From the NCBI GenBank assembly GCA_964005815.1, contig CAXFSR010000017.1, forward strand, positions 64,001 to 128,000: 64,000 bases of DNA, read 5' to 3'. Of the stretch, positions 1 through 9,733 are shown one piece after another; the first letter of the stretch is position 1; the number at the start of each line of letters is the position of its first letter. The position numbers were made by a program, and so were the translations under genes. Under the pieces are notes generated by a model. The model saw only the letters and a program-made list of their open reading frames with translations. It ran no database searches and was not told the DNA's origin. This DNA comes from an uncultured Nitrospinaceae bacterium. GTDB lineage: Bacteria; UBA8248.

Positions 1-32
1 TCATTTCACTTTTGGTACCATTTCCTGCAATC

Positions 33-833
33 TCAAAAAACAGCAATAATTTCATCTACCTTTTTTCTACTTGCTGATTTACTTGCTATGATTCTTTGTA
101 CACTAATCTTGTAAATCTTTGATTTCTTATACATTTGTCTCGTGATTCTTAAATCATGGTTTGAAATTATGCATTGTATGCCTCTACCTCTAGATTCTTC
201 TGCATTCCTAGCCAATCGACACTGGTCCTCAAGGTCAAAATCATCTTTTGAGTAGGAAGTAAAATTTGAAGTGGCCGAAAAAGGCACATAAGGTGGATCA
301 CAGTAAATGATATCCCCTTCCCTTGTTTCTTTGAAAGTATCTTCGAAATCCTGACACTTGAACTTTGCTCGTTTAGCTTTTTTAGCAAAATCAAACATCT
401 CTTCTCTAGGAAATCTTGGAGATTTATATCTTCCATAAGGAACATTAAAGAATCCCTTGCGATTGTAACGACAAAGTCCATTAAATGCGTGTTTATTCAG
501 ATAAACGAACAAAGCACTTTTCACCATATCATTAGAGTCTAGAGAGTTAAATTTTTCTCTCAATTCATAAAATTGCGATTTAGAATTATATTCTCCAGTA
601 AAATATTTTTCTGTTAAAACAACTAATTCCTGAGGGTTCTTTTTCAGATTTTTATACAAATTGATTAAATCAATGTTTTTGTCACAGAGGAGATATTTCT
701 TGAAACTATTATTCAAAAACAAAGCGCCCGAACCAACAAAAGGTTCTACTAGCCGTTGTCCTTCTTCGAAATGTTCTTTTATGTTCAAGGCAATCTTTGA
801 CTTGCCACCTGCCCATTTAAGAAATGCTTTCAT
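33..833 (-). CDS. dam: Dam-family DNA adenine methyltransferase
   Basis: FLKWAGGK N-terminus, EPFVGSG SAM motif, FNGLCRYN..G.FNVPYG target-recognition region, DPPY catalytic motif. Confidence 0.93.
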   Translation of the reverse strand: MKAFLKWAGGKSKIALNIKEHFEEGQRLVEPFVGSGALFLNNSFKKYLLCDKNIDLINLYKNLKKNPQELVVLTEKYFTGEYNSKSQFYELREKFNSLDSNDMVKSALFVYLNKHAFNGLCRYNRKGFFNVPYGRYKSPRFPREEMFDFAKKAKRAKFKCQDFEDTFKETREGDIIYCDPPYVPFSATSNFTSYSKDDFDLEDQCRLARNAEESRGRGIQCIISNHDLRITRQMYKKSKIYKISVQRIIASKSASRKKVDEIIAVF

Positions 834-867
834 GAAGTGATTCCTGAACTATATCTAAAAAAATTGA

Positions 868-1920
868 TTAAGAATTCTTTTTTGCTCTTACCATTTTAGA
901 TGCCAGTAATAATGCATCTACCATACTCATTTCACTTGCTATACCCTTCCCTGCAATCTCAAAACCAGTTCCGTGCTCAACTGATGTGCGGATTATCGGC
1001 AAACCAAGAGTAACATTCACTGCATGAACCACTGCACCTTTCTTTTTAAAATTAAAACCTATCATTTTGCCTGGGATATGCCCTTGGTCATGATACATCG
1101 CTATCACACCATCAAAAACACTGTCTCTATTCATTGAAAAGACTACATCAGGTGAAATAGGACCAGTAATGTCTATTCCAAGAGTTTTTAATTGATTAAC
1201 TGCGGGAACAATTTCTTTAATCTCTTCAGAACCAAATAATCCACCTTCTCCACAATGTGGATTTAATGCAGCAACTCCTATTCTAGGATTTTTAAAACCC
1301 ATGTATTGCAAAGAATCAGAAAAAACTTTTCCTACATGTATAATTTGTCTTTTTTTTACTTTTTTCAAAGCATCTTTCAAACTACAGTGGGTAGAAACGT
1401 GTGCAATTTTCAATTTAGGATGACAAAACATCATCACAGGTTTTTCCCCTCCAACCAAAGAAGTTATAAATTCTGTATGTCCAGGAAACATATATCCAGC
1501 AGAATTAAAAGCCTCTTTGTGAATTGGTCCTGTAACTATTGCATCGCAGGATCTTGCTTTTACTAACTCTACTCCTACCTCAATATACTCCGCAGAGGCT
1601 TTTCCGAAAGAAGAACGCACTTTCCCAAACATTTTTTCACTCATTTTTACATTCTTAAGATCAATCACAGGAGAAAAATTTAATTTTTCATTTCGTAGTT
1701 TAAGAATTTCTGATGAGTCTATTGCTCTCAATCGATTACGTATTCCCATCTTTTGTGCATGTAATTTCAACACTTTCAAATCACCAATGACAATAGGGAA
1801 ACAACATTTCCTGACTTTCAAATTCAAGAGAGCTTTCAAACATACTTCTGGTCCAACCCCAGCAGGATCACCCATTGTAATCGATAAAACAGGCAGTTTA
1901 TTCAAGAGGATAACTTTCAA
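868..1920 (-). CDS. pdxA: 4-hydroxythreonine-4-phosphate dehydrogenase (PdxA/PdxA2)
   Basis: TMGDPAGVGPE, PGHTE, LNPHCGEGGLFG, MYHDQGHIP, NVTLGLPIIRTSVEHGT motifs; exact start uncertain. Confidence 0.92.
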   Translation of the reverse strand: MKVILLNKLPVLSITMGDPAGVGPEVCLKALLNLKVRKCCFPIVIGDLKVLKLHAQKMGIRNRLRAIDSSEILKLRNEKLNFSPVIDLKNVKMSEKMFGKVRSSFGKASAEYIEVGVELVKARSCDAIVTGPIHKEAFNSAGYMFPGHTEFITSLVGGEKPVMMFCHPKLKIAHVSTHCSLKDALKKVKKRQIIHVGKVFSDSLQYMGFKNPRIGVAALNPHCGEGGLFGSEEIKEIVPAVNQLKTLGIDITGPISPDVVFSMNRDSVFDGVIAMYHDQGHIPGKMIGFNFKKKGAVVHAVNVTLGLPIIRTSVEHGTGFEIAGKGIASEMSMVDALLLASKMVRAKKNS

Positions 1921-2016
1921 AAATTAAAAACTATTTTCAGTATTGACGTAAGGGAACATATAAACAAATATATTGTATCAAATTTTGATTAACAACGAAA
2001 AATAAGGAATTAATAC

Positions 2017-2523
2017 ATGTCGCTTGGAGTTAGTGCTGCAAAAACACTACGCAAATTAAAAGAATTGAAATTTACTCATGTACTTATGATTCCAGATTCA
2101 GAGAGCAGATTACTTTATGAAGTTTTAGAAAAAGAAACCTCTATAGAATTGATTACTCCCTGTAGAGAAGGTGAGTCGATAGCGATAGCCGCGGGACTTT
2201 GGACTGGAGGTTGCAATCCGCTCATTGTCATACAAAATACAGGATTAATGGAAGCAGGAGATTCTCTTAGAGGATGTGGTATGGGACCTCGTGTTCCATT
2301 AAGAATGATAGTTGGGTGGAGAGGATATGGAGGAGCAATCTCAAATAAATTGCCTATAGACTCTGCATATACATATACAGAACCTTTAATAAATGGTTGG
2401 GGAATTCCATTTTGGCATCTTATGAAAGATGATGACTTGGAAGTAATAGAAAAAATGAATAAAACTGCTGAAGAAACTTCTATGCCTGCTGCTGTAATTA
2501 CCGGATATACTTTTAAAGAATAA
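2017..2523 (+). CDS. ThDP-dependent decarboxylase alpha (PYR) subunit, sulfopyruvate/phosphonopyruvate decarboxylase (ComD)-like
   Basis: PDSE, REGES.AIAAG (catalytic Glu), QNTGL motifs; AAGGA RBS; paired with the downstream beta subunit. Confidence 0.8.
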   Translation: MSLGVSAAKTLRKLKELKFTHVLMIPDSESRLLYEVLEKETSIELITPCREGESIAIAAGLWTGGCNPLIVIQNTGLMEAGDSLRGCGMGPRVPLRMIVGWRGYGGAISNKLPIDSAYTYTEPLINGWGIPFWHLMKDDDLEVIEKMNKTAEETSMPAAVITGYTFKE

Positions 2524-2535
2524 AAAGGAACAGAA

Positions 2536-3120
2536 ATGATCGAAAGAATGGATATGCTGAAAGCTATTGCCACGAAAAGGACTGATGAAGTTGTAGTTAT
2601 GACTATGACAACAACTCTCCAATGGCCTCTTGTTTCCGAACATGAACTTGACTTTGATTTTTTAGCTTTTGGCATGGGACATGCTGCAGATTTTGCGATG
2701 GGCATTGCGCTTTCTCAACCAAATAGAAAAACAATTGTCTTCAAAGGTGATGGTGGACTATTGATGAGTCTAGGTTCTATGATTACTCTTTCAAGATATG
2801 CCCCAGAAAATATGCTGATCTTTCTTCTTGAAAATAGATGTTACGAAATGGTTGGAGGTCAAGAATTTTCTCAGAGTGTGGACTTCGAAAAAATTGCATC
2901 AGGTTCTGGTTTTCAGAATGGCGGAAGAACCGGCAAAGGGAAAATTGAAAAAATCGATACTCTAAGTGAACTGGAAGAATCCCTTCCCCGCCTACTTACT
3001 GAGGCTGGACCACATTTCGTCATTGTTCCAGTAAAGAACAGTGAAAAACTTCCTCCTGTAAATCATTCTGATCATGCCCAAAGAATCGTAAATTTAAGAA
3101 CTAATCTTCTCAAAAAATAA
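2536..3120 (+). CDS. ThDP-dependent decarboxylase beta (PP) subunit, ComE-like
   Basis: GMGHA, GDGGLLMSLG...LENRCYEMVGGQ ThDP/Mg-binding motif. Confidence 0.8.
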   Translation: MIERMDMLKAIATKRTDEVVVMTMTTTLQWPLVSEHELDFDFLAFGMGHAADFAMGIALSQPNRKTIVFKGDGGLLMSLGSMITLSRYAPENMLIFLLENRCYEMVGGQEFSQSVDFEKIASGSGFQNGGRTGKGKIEKIDTLSELEESLPRLLTEAGPHFVIVPVKNSEKLPPVNHSDHAQRIVNLRTNLLKK

Positions 3121-4092
3121 TCACGGAAGAAGCACAACTTTTCCTAAAAATTTGCCACTTAAAACAAGCTCATGTGACTCATTAGATTCTTCTAATCTCA
3201 TTTCTTTTCCAATGTGTGGGCGAATTTTTCCAGACATGAGAACCGAGGAAATTCTTGCCATGGCCTCTGGCAAATGAGGAGTTAAATTCCCCGAGGAAAC
3301 ACCGTAAATTCTAACATCATTTTTACTAGCAGCCCTTATAGAAAGTTCTACTGGAAAATCTTTTCCCGTACCCGTTCCGACCATTACAATACGACCATTT
3401 AAACCATAAAGTTCTAAGTCATCCTTAAGGTTATCACAAGCTGCAGTTTCAACTACAATATCTACTCCCTCTCCATTAGTTAATTCCGAAATTCTTTCTA
3501 CAACATTCTCTACCCTGTAATTAATAGTCGCGTCAGCTCCTAACTGAAGACAAAAATTTGATTTTTCGTCTGAACTTACAGTTGCAAAAACACGGCAACC
3601 CAACATACATGCAAGTTGAATGGCAAGATGACCAACACCACCTGCTCCTCCTTGAATCAAAACAGTATCTCCTGGCTTTGCCTCTCCTTTCAAAACTAAA
3701 GCGTTCCAGGCTGTTAAAAGAGGAATAGCAAGAGATGCCCCCTCTGAAAAAGTATAGTCATCAGGCAATTTCCCCAAAAGAGGAGAACTCAAAACTGCAT
3801 ATTCTGCATAAGCACCCTGGCATCGACCCCATACCCTATCACCAGGCTTAAAATCTTCTACATTCTCTCCTACAGATTCAATAATACCTGCAAGATCACT
3901 GCCACAAATGTAAGGAAATTTAACTTGAGCTGATCGCGGATGATCTCCCATACGAATTGCTATTTCTAAAGGATTTACACCTATAGCTTCAATTTTCACT
4001 AGTACTTCATTATCTCCGGGAGTAGGTGCTGGGACATCTTCTATTGCCATTGGGGTTTCAAGTCCAAATTCACTAACCATTATCGCCTTCAT
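3121..4092 (-). CDS. NADPH:quinone reductase (zeta-crystallin/MDR family)
   Basis: GVNPLE, VLIQGGAGGVG, GKVVL; start moved to ATG 4092 behind AGGAG. Confidence 0.88.
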   Translation of the reverse strand: MKAIMVSEFGLETPMAIEDVPAPTPGDNEVLVKIEAIGVNPLEIAIRMGDHPRSAQVKFPYICGSDLAGIIESVGENVEDFKPGDRVWGRCQGAYAEYAVLSSPLLGKLPDDYTFSEGASLAIPLLTAWNALVLKGEAKPGDTVLIQGGAGGVGHLAIQLACMLGCRVFATVSSDEKSNFCLQLGADATINYRVENVVERISELTNGEGVDIVVETAACDNLKDDLELYGLNGRIVMVGTGTGKDFPVELSIRAASKNDVRIYGVSSGNLTPHLPEAMARISSVLMSGKIRPHIGKEMRLEESNESHELVLSGKFLGKVVLLP

Positions 4093-4195
4093 AAACACTC
4101 CTAAATTTTAGTATGTAAAAAGAAATTGCATACAAAAACTTCTAATTTTTAAAAAATCATAACATCTTAATTTACACAAATAATTTCCTGGTTTT

Positions 4196-5170
4196 TTACG
4201 GAACAAGAATAACCTTCCCTAAAAACTTGCCTTCAAGAATATATTCATGGGATTCATTTGCTTCATCAAAACTAAATATTTTGTCTATATTCATGTTAAG
4301 GGAGCCTTCTCCTAAAAGAACAGAAAAACGTCTTATAAGTTCAGGCATTTTCGGAAATAAGTTTATGACCGCTAAGCCGTGTATATGGACATCTTTTGTC
4401 ATTACTGCAGGAACACGGAATTCTGTTTCTGGACCTTTGCCCGTTCCTGTACCGACAACGATAACTTGTCCATCAACACAAACGGCATCTATATCCTTAT
4501 CGAAATTATCACAAGCACACAATTCAACAATTGTATTTACCCCTTTTCCATTTGTTATTTCTAAACTTTTTGAAACAAAATCTTCTTCTTTATAATTGAT
4601 GGTGTAATCTGCTCCTATAGATCTGCAAAATTCAGATTTTTCTTTGGAACTTACCGTTGTAATAACTACACATCCTAATCTTTTTGCCAATTGAATTGCC
4701 GCAGAACCAACTCCCCCAGCTCCTCCCTGAATCAGTACAATTTCACCAGGTCGTACTTGAGCTTTGATTACCAAAGCATTCCATGCAGTATAAAATGCAA
4801 CGGTCATAGAGGCTCCCTGTTCAAAAGAACAAGAAGATGGCAACACTGCAGATGCCCTAGCATCAAGTCGAACAAATTCACTATAAGCACCATCTATTGC
4901 TCTACCATAAACTCTTTCTCCAACGGAAAAATCACTTACTCCATTACCAAGTTCTACAATTTCTCCAGATGCTTCAGCACCTGGGATATATGGTGGTTTA
5001 ACTAGCTTTGCATATGGGTGATTTGCTGCACGTATAGCAATATCAACTGGATTAAGACCGACCGCTTGGGATTTGATCAGTATTTCTCCTTCTTTTGGTT
5101 CTGGCTTAGGTACTTCATCAATTAACATTGGTAAATTCAGATCAAAATCATGGACTCGAACAACTCTCAT
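4196..5170 (-). CDS. NADPH:quinone reductase (zeta-crystallin/MDR family)
   Basis: GLNPVD, PGAEASG, VLIQGGAGGVG, GKVIL; GAGGAG RBS. Confidence 0.88.
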   Translation of the reverse strand: MRVVRVHDFDLNLPMLIDEVPKPEPKEGEILIKSQAVGLNPVDIAIRAANHPYAKLVKPPYIPGAEASGEIVELGNGVSDFSVGERVYGRAIDGAYSEFVRLDARASAVLPSSCSFEQGASMTVAFYTAWNALVIKAQVRPGEIVLIQGGAGGVGSAAIQLAKRLGCVVITTVSSKEKSEFCRSIGADYTINYKEEDFVSKSLEITNGKGVNTIVELCACDNFDKDIDAVCVDGQVIVVGTGTGKGPETEFRVPAVMTKDVHIHGLAVINLFPKMPELIRRFSVLLGEGSLNMNIDKIFSFDEANESHEYILEGKFLGKVILVP

Positions 5171-5188
5171 TTCATCTCCTCAAAATTG

Positions 5189-5209
5189 ATGAAAGAAAAA
5201 TTCTTTCAT
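5189..5209. promoter_or_regulatory. Perfect 9-bp inverted repeat, candidate operator
   Basis: ATGAAAGAA-AAA-TTCTTTCAT in a divergent intergenic region just upstream of the quinone reductase RBS. Confidence 0.35.
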
Positions 5210-5317
5210 TGTTTGGAAAGAAAAATCTTTTCTTAAGATTAATTACTATTGTAATCGAAAATGAACTGTTAGACTAGATAAGATGTTCAGAAACACTGTT
5301 TTTTAAAGGAGATATTA

Positions 5318-6622
5318 TTGCAACTTACGATACCTGATAAAGTAATGAAAGTTATAAAAAGAATAAAATCGTCAGGCTCCAATATTTATGTAGTAGGGGG
5401 AAGTATTCGCGATCTCCTGTTGGGGGAGGAACCAAAAGATTGGGATCTTGCTACTAACATGGATCTTAACGAACTTTCAAAATTATTTCCTAATAGAGCC
5501 ATAATTAGACAAGAATATAAAGTTTTAATGTTAAGTTACATGGGAACAGATCTTCAGATAGCTCAATTAAGGAGTGAAGGAAAATATAGAGACGGAAGAC
5601 ATCCTGACCTCATAAAAGCCGGTGTAACACTAAAAGAAGATGTTAAAAGAAGGGATTTTACTATAAATGGAATATACTATGATCCAATAAATTCAAAGAT
5701 TATTGACCATGTAGATGGCATTTCGGATCTAAAGAAAAGACAAATAAAGACCATAGGAGAATCTTCAGTACGATTGTCTGAAGATTATCTTAGGATTCTA
5801 AGAGCCATAAGATTTGCTGGAAAATTAAAATTCAATATAGAGAAAAACACTTTCGATAGTATTCTAAATCTATCAAATTTAACAAAAAGAATTAGTGGAG
5901 AAAGAGTAAAAGATGAGATCACTAGAATGCTTTTATCGGAAAATGCATTTCATTCAATAGAACTATTAGTGAGATCAAAAATCCTCCATAATTTATTCTC
6001 TGATTTTTTAGTTCTGCCTAAATTCAGTTCTAAATTCCTAAAAGATTTCAAGAGTTCAAAGAGAAAAATAGAAAATGCCTCTTCCACTTCAAGTGCAGTA
6101 TCATGGGCTATTTTTCTAAGATGTTTATTTTTGGAATATTATAATGATAAAAAATTTCCAGAAATTATCCCAAAAAAATCAACAATATATGTTCAAGTAT
6201 CTGATTTGTTAAAATTAAAACTAAAATTCAACAATACAGAAAGGAAAAAAATTCTAAATATTCTTCAAAATCAACAATTTCTTATCGTTTCAAATAAAGA
6301 TGAAAACAAAATTTGGAAAAAAACCCTAAGATTTCCTTTTATTATTGAAACTTTAGAATTCTTCCGTATCATGTACTCATCAAACAAGGGGTTTTCTGAA
6401 ATACTCAATTTTTGGACAGAAAAATTAAAAACTACTAGACTTGCTGATTTGCAACCTAAAAAACTCATCAAAGGTAACGATTTAATAAAATTAGGAATTG
6501 GAAAAGGACCGGATATAGAGAAAATTCTCTTAACTATTGAAGAAGAACAACTAGAAGAGAGAATAAAAAGTAAAAAGCAAGCAATAGAATTTGTAAAAAA
6601 ACAATTCATAGAAAAGAAATAA
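5318..6622 (+). CDS. cca: CCA tRNA nucleotidyltransferase / poly(A) polymerase family
   Basis: VVGGSIRDLLLG, KDWDLAT, RRDFTING, EDYLRILRAIRF, SGERVKDE; TTG start after AAGGAG. Confidence 0.85.
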   Translation: MQLTIPDKVMKVIKRIKSSGSNIYVVGGSIRDLLLGEEPKDWDLATNMDLNELSKLFPNRAIIRQEYKVLMLSYMGTDLQIAQLRSEGKYRDGRHPDLIKAGVTLKEDVKRRDFTINGIYYDPINSKIIDHVDGISDLKKRQIKTIGESSVRLSEDYLRILRAIRFAGKLKFNIEKNTFDSILNLSNLTKRISGERVKDEITRMLLSENAFHSIELLVRSKILHNLFSDFLVLPKFSSKFLKDFKSSKRKIENASSTSSAVSWAIFLRCLFLEYYNDKKFPEIIPKKSTIYVQVSDLLKLKLKFNNTERKKILNILQNQQFLIVSNKDENKIWKKTLRFPFIIETLEFFRIMYSSNKGFSEILNFWTEKLKTTRLADLQPKKLIKGNDLIKLGIGKGPDIEKILLTIEEEQLEERIKSKKQAIEFVKKQFIEKK

Positions 6623-6643
6623 GATTATGGAGGCAATTATACT

Positions 6644-7213
6644 TTGAAAGACAGAAATAAAAAAAGTCTACTTGTAACACAAGATGAAGTAAGCAAATTA
6701 ATAGAAAAGATTTCTTCTGAGATTGAAAAATCAGTTACAGAAAATGAGGAAATTGCAATCATTGGAATTAAAACCAGAGGAGAGCCATTATCTATTCGTA
6801 TAAAAGATATTCTAAACAAAAATAATTCTAAAAGAGAAATCTTAATTGGACACATTGATATTGGAGAACATAGAGATGACTTGGAAAAAACAAAAATCAT
6901 ACCTCCTACTAGAAACACAAAAATTGATTTTGACATACAAGACAAATCTTTATTTTTAATTGATGACGTTTTCAACACTGCAAGGACTGTAAGAGCAGCA
7001 ATAGATACTATTTTAGAATATGGAAGACCTTCAAGAATATGGCTTGCCGTTCTTATCGATAGAGGACATAGAGAATTGCCATTCGTTCCAGACATTACTG
7101 GGAAAAATATTCCAACAGCAAAAAATGAACACATTAAAGTTAAACTAAAAGAAATAGATGGTGAGGATAGTATATTTTTACTGAAAGATGAACTTAAAGA
7201 TAGCTCTTCGTGA
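6644..7213 (+). CDS. pyrR: PyrR-like regulator / uracil phosphoribosyltransferase (divergent)
   Basis: IIGIKTRG, HRDDL, LIDDVFNTARTVRAA, LIDRGHRELP, GKNIPT; GGAGG RBS then TTG. Confidence 0.85.
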   Translation: MKDRNKKSLLVTQDEVSKLIEKISSEIEKSVTENEEIAIIGIKTRGEPLSIRIKDILNKNNSKREILIGHIDIGEHRDDLEKTKIIPPTRNTKIDFDIQDKSLFLIDDVFNTARTVRAAIDTILEYGRPSRIWLAVLIDRGHRELPFVPDITGKNIPTAKNEHIKVKLKEIDGEDSIFLLKDELKDSSS

Positions 7214-7245
7214 GATCTGAATTACCTCACGAAGAGCTGAAAAAA

Positions 7246-8469
7246 CTAGAAATATTTCTGCCCGACACCTACTGTAGGATTCCATTCAGAACTCTTGTCA
7301 AAAGGACCTACACCATTCTCTTTGACATAGGAAACTCTACTATCATTGACTTTGCCATCATTAAAGAATCTAAAGAACCAATCAAGAATATACTGATGAT
7401 TATCTAAACCTCCAAGATTTTTTAGATTCACAAGTGGATGAAATTGATTTTCAAAAACCCACATTTCTTTTTTACAAGTTAAATCATTAAAAACTTCAAT
7501 CGCATCTTCAAGAGGGCAAAGAGGATCAAATTCACCTGTAACAAGAAGCGTTGGACATTGTATCTTGTCCATATAACCTTTTACTGTCATTTGCTTTGCC
7601 ATCTTGTCAAACTCATCTTCGTCGTCCATTCCCGCCATATACATAAAGACCTGTTTGAATCTGGGTGAAGATTCCGTGAAAATTGTATTATTTGGATTAA
7701 AACAAGCTACTGCACTTGCTACTGCAGCTGCTCTATGATCATAACTAGCTAATCTCAATGACCAATAACTACCCATACTGATACCATAAATACCAATTTT
7801 AGATGAATCTACTTCTTCTCTCTCTAGCAAATAATCAATAACGGCTGCTCCTGCCCTTTCATAATTATCTCCAACAGCACGTATCTTCTGTATATTTGAA
7901 TTTCCTTGACCAGGTCCGTCCATAGTCAGAACATGAAATCCTCTCTCTGCAGCAACATTATGTCTTACATGAGGAAAAGATTCTTTTGTCTGATCCATCC
8001 CAGGAACATAAATAATACATGGAGCATTTCTTCTATCAGGAAGCAAATGAAGCAAGCAAGATATAGTTTTCCCATCATCAAAAGGAACCTCTACCCTTTC
8101 AATTGGGTAAGAAGCAACTTCAGAACGACGGTCCACCATTTCTTTCAATTTGTCAGACAAATAAATCTTCACAGGATTATCATCATAAAAAATTGGATGT
8201 TGAGCCATACGATAAGATTCAACTGCATGATCATAATGCTCAGTTGCAGTATGATTAAAACCTTCTTTCTGTGCTTTTTTCCCTAACTCTTCGTGAAACT
8301 CTCCCGCTTCTTTCCAGACCTTAGGTAACATCTGATAGTTATGTGCCGTCTTGCCTTCAGGCACCTCCAAATAATCACGCTCAAAGTTCTGGACTCTTCC
8401 CCTAGTTTTCAGAGCAAGATCTAGCATCCATTGCTGATTATCTCTTTTGGTTCTGAGATTTTTTATCAT
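7246..8469 (-). CDS. Alpha/beta hydrolase, FrsA/2,6-dihydroxypseudooxynicotine hydrolase-like
   Basis: PGMDQTKE, DGPGQG, GISMG nucleophile elbow, GEFDPL Asp, C-terminal His. Confidence 0.8.
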   Translation of the reverse strand: MIKNLRTKRDNQQWMLDLALKTRGRVQNFERDYLEVPEGKTAHNYQMLPKVWKEAGEFHEELGKKAQKEGFNHTATEHYDHAVESYRMAQHPIFYDDNPVKIYLSDKLKEMVDRRSEVASYPIERVEVPFDDGKTISCLLHLLPDRRNAPCIIYVPGMDQTKESFPHVRHNVAAERGFHVLTMDGPGQGNSNIQKIRAVGDNYERAGAAVIDYLLEREEVDSSKIGIYGISMGSYWSLRLASYDHRAAAVASAVACFNPNNTIFTESSPRFKQVFMYMAGMDDEDEFDKMAKQMTVKGYMDKIQCPTLLVTGEFDPLCPLEDAIEVFNDLTCKKEMWVFENQFHPLVNLKNLGGLDNHQYILDWFFRFFNDGKVNDSRVSYVKENGVGPFDKSSEWNPTVGVGQKYF

Positions 8470-8531
8470 TTTCTCCTCCTTTAATCATTAATTTCTCTTA
8501 TAAAAAAACTACAAATTATCAAAAAATATTT

Positions 8532-9713
8532 TTATCTTTGCGGTAGCAAAACACCTAATTGACGTAAATTTAAAATCTCATTTTCACTCAACCCGAACTC
8601 AGCAAGGATTTCATCAGTATGCTCTCCAAGAATTGGAGGAGCTGTTCTGACTGTCGATGGAGTCTTACTAAATTTAACAGATGGAGCAATCATTTTCAAT
8701 TTTCCATACTTTTTATGGACTACTTCTGACAAGTAAGACATTTCTTGCATTTGCTCATCTTTATGAAGTTGTGAGGGCAGCCTCACCTTTGCACAGGGAA
8801 CTTCAGCCTGATCAAATTTTTCAATCCAAAAATCTGCGGATTTTTTGAGTAAAGTTTTTTGGACTATAGGTATAATCTTCTCTCTTGCATCGTGACGATC
8901 TCTGAAATTTTTCCAATTATCATTTTCACTCAACTCCTTTAATCCCAGAACCCTGCATGCATTCTTCCAAAATCTTTCGACATCCATATACAAATAGATA
9001 TGACCATCTAAGGTATTGTAAATTCTCGCTATTCTATCAGTAAGTGGATCTCTAACATTCTCAAGATTTTCCTGCTCACTTGCCCAAGTCAATCTTCCTT
9101 GCTGTAAAGATACCGCACCACCTAGCAAAGAAGAGTCTATAAACTGACCAAAACCACTTCTCTCCCTAGCAAATAAGGCCATTGACACTGCAGTACTTGA
9201 TAAAGAACCAGTAAAATAATCTATGAAATGTCCTTGAACAAGTTGTGGATCTCCGCCACTGCCTTGTTCCGCAGGAATACCTGAATAAGTCTGAACAATA
9301 GGATCAATTCCTCTTCTTGATTTTAATGGACCAGACTGACCAAAAGCAGAAATAGAAAGATAAATCATCCTTGGATTACTCTCTAACAACTTATCAGGAC
9401 CAAGTCCGAGACTTTCTATAACTCCTGGACGATACCCTTCAACAAAAACGTCTATCTGCTTACACATTTCCAGAACTATTTTTTTCCCTTCTTCTTCCTT
9501 TAAATTAACTGCAATACTTCTTTTGTTTCTATTCAGACCCAAAAACAATCTACTTTCTCCATCAAATGTAGATGGAAATTCTCTAATAATATCACCACTC
9601 AATGGTTCTAGCTTGATGACATCTGCTCCTGCGTCAGCAAGCAATAAGGTACAGTATGGACCGGCAACATAATGTGTAAGATCTAAAATTTTAATTCCAT
9701 CTAAAGAACCCAT
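8532..9713 (-). CDS. CoA-transferase family III (CaiB/BaiF)
   Basis: ILDLTHYVAGPYC..LLADAGADVIK.EP..GD, NRNKRS, catalytic Asp in IDYFTG, APPILGEHT. Confidence 0.92.
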   Translation of the reverse strand: MGSLDGIKILDLTHYVAGPYCTLLLADAGADVIKLEPLSGDIIREFPSTFDGESRLFLGLNRNKRSIAVNLKEEEGKKIVLEMCKQIDVFVEGYRPGVIESLGLGPDKLLESNPRMIYLSISAFGQSGPLKSRRGIDPIVQTYSGIPAEQGSGGDPQLVQGHFIDYFTGSLSSTAVSMALFARERSGFGQFIDSSLLGGAVSLQQGRLTWASEQENLENVRDPLTDRIARIYNTLDGHIYLYMDVERFWKNACRVLGLKELSENDNWKNFRDRHDAREKIIPIVQKTLLKKSADFWIEKFDQAEVPCAKVRLPSQLHKDEQMQEMSYLSEVVHKKYGKLKMIAPSVKFSKTPSTVRTAPPILGEHTDEILAEFGLSENEILNLRQLGVLLPQR

Positions 9714-9733
9714 GATTTCCTTTGTGAATTATT

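Noticed and set aside
2115..2705. 196-aa minus-strand ORF
   Set aside because: Antisense shadow of the ComDE-like genes
6637..7407. ORFs 6637..7134 (-) and 7210..7407 (+)
   Set aside because: Shadows of pyrR and the hydrolase; 7210 is in a different frame from pyrR, so it is not a UGA read-through
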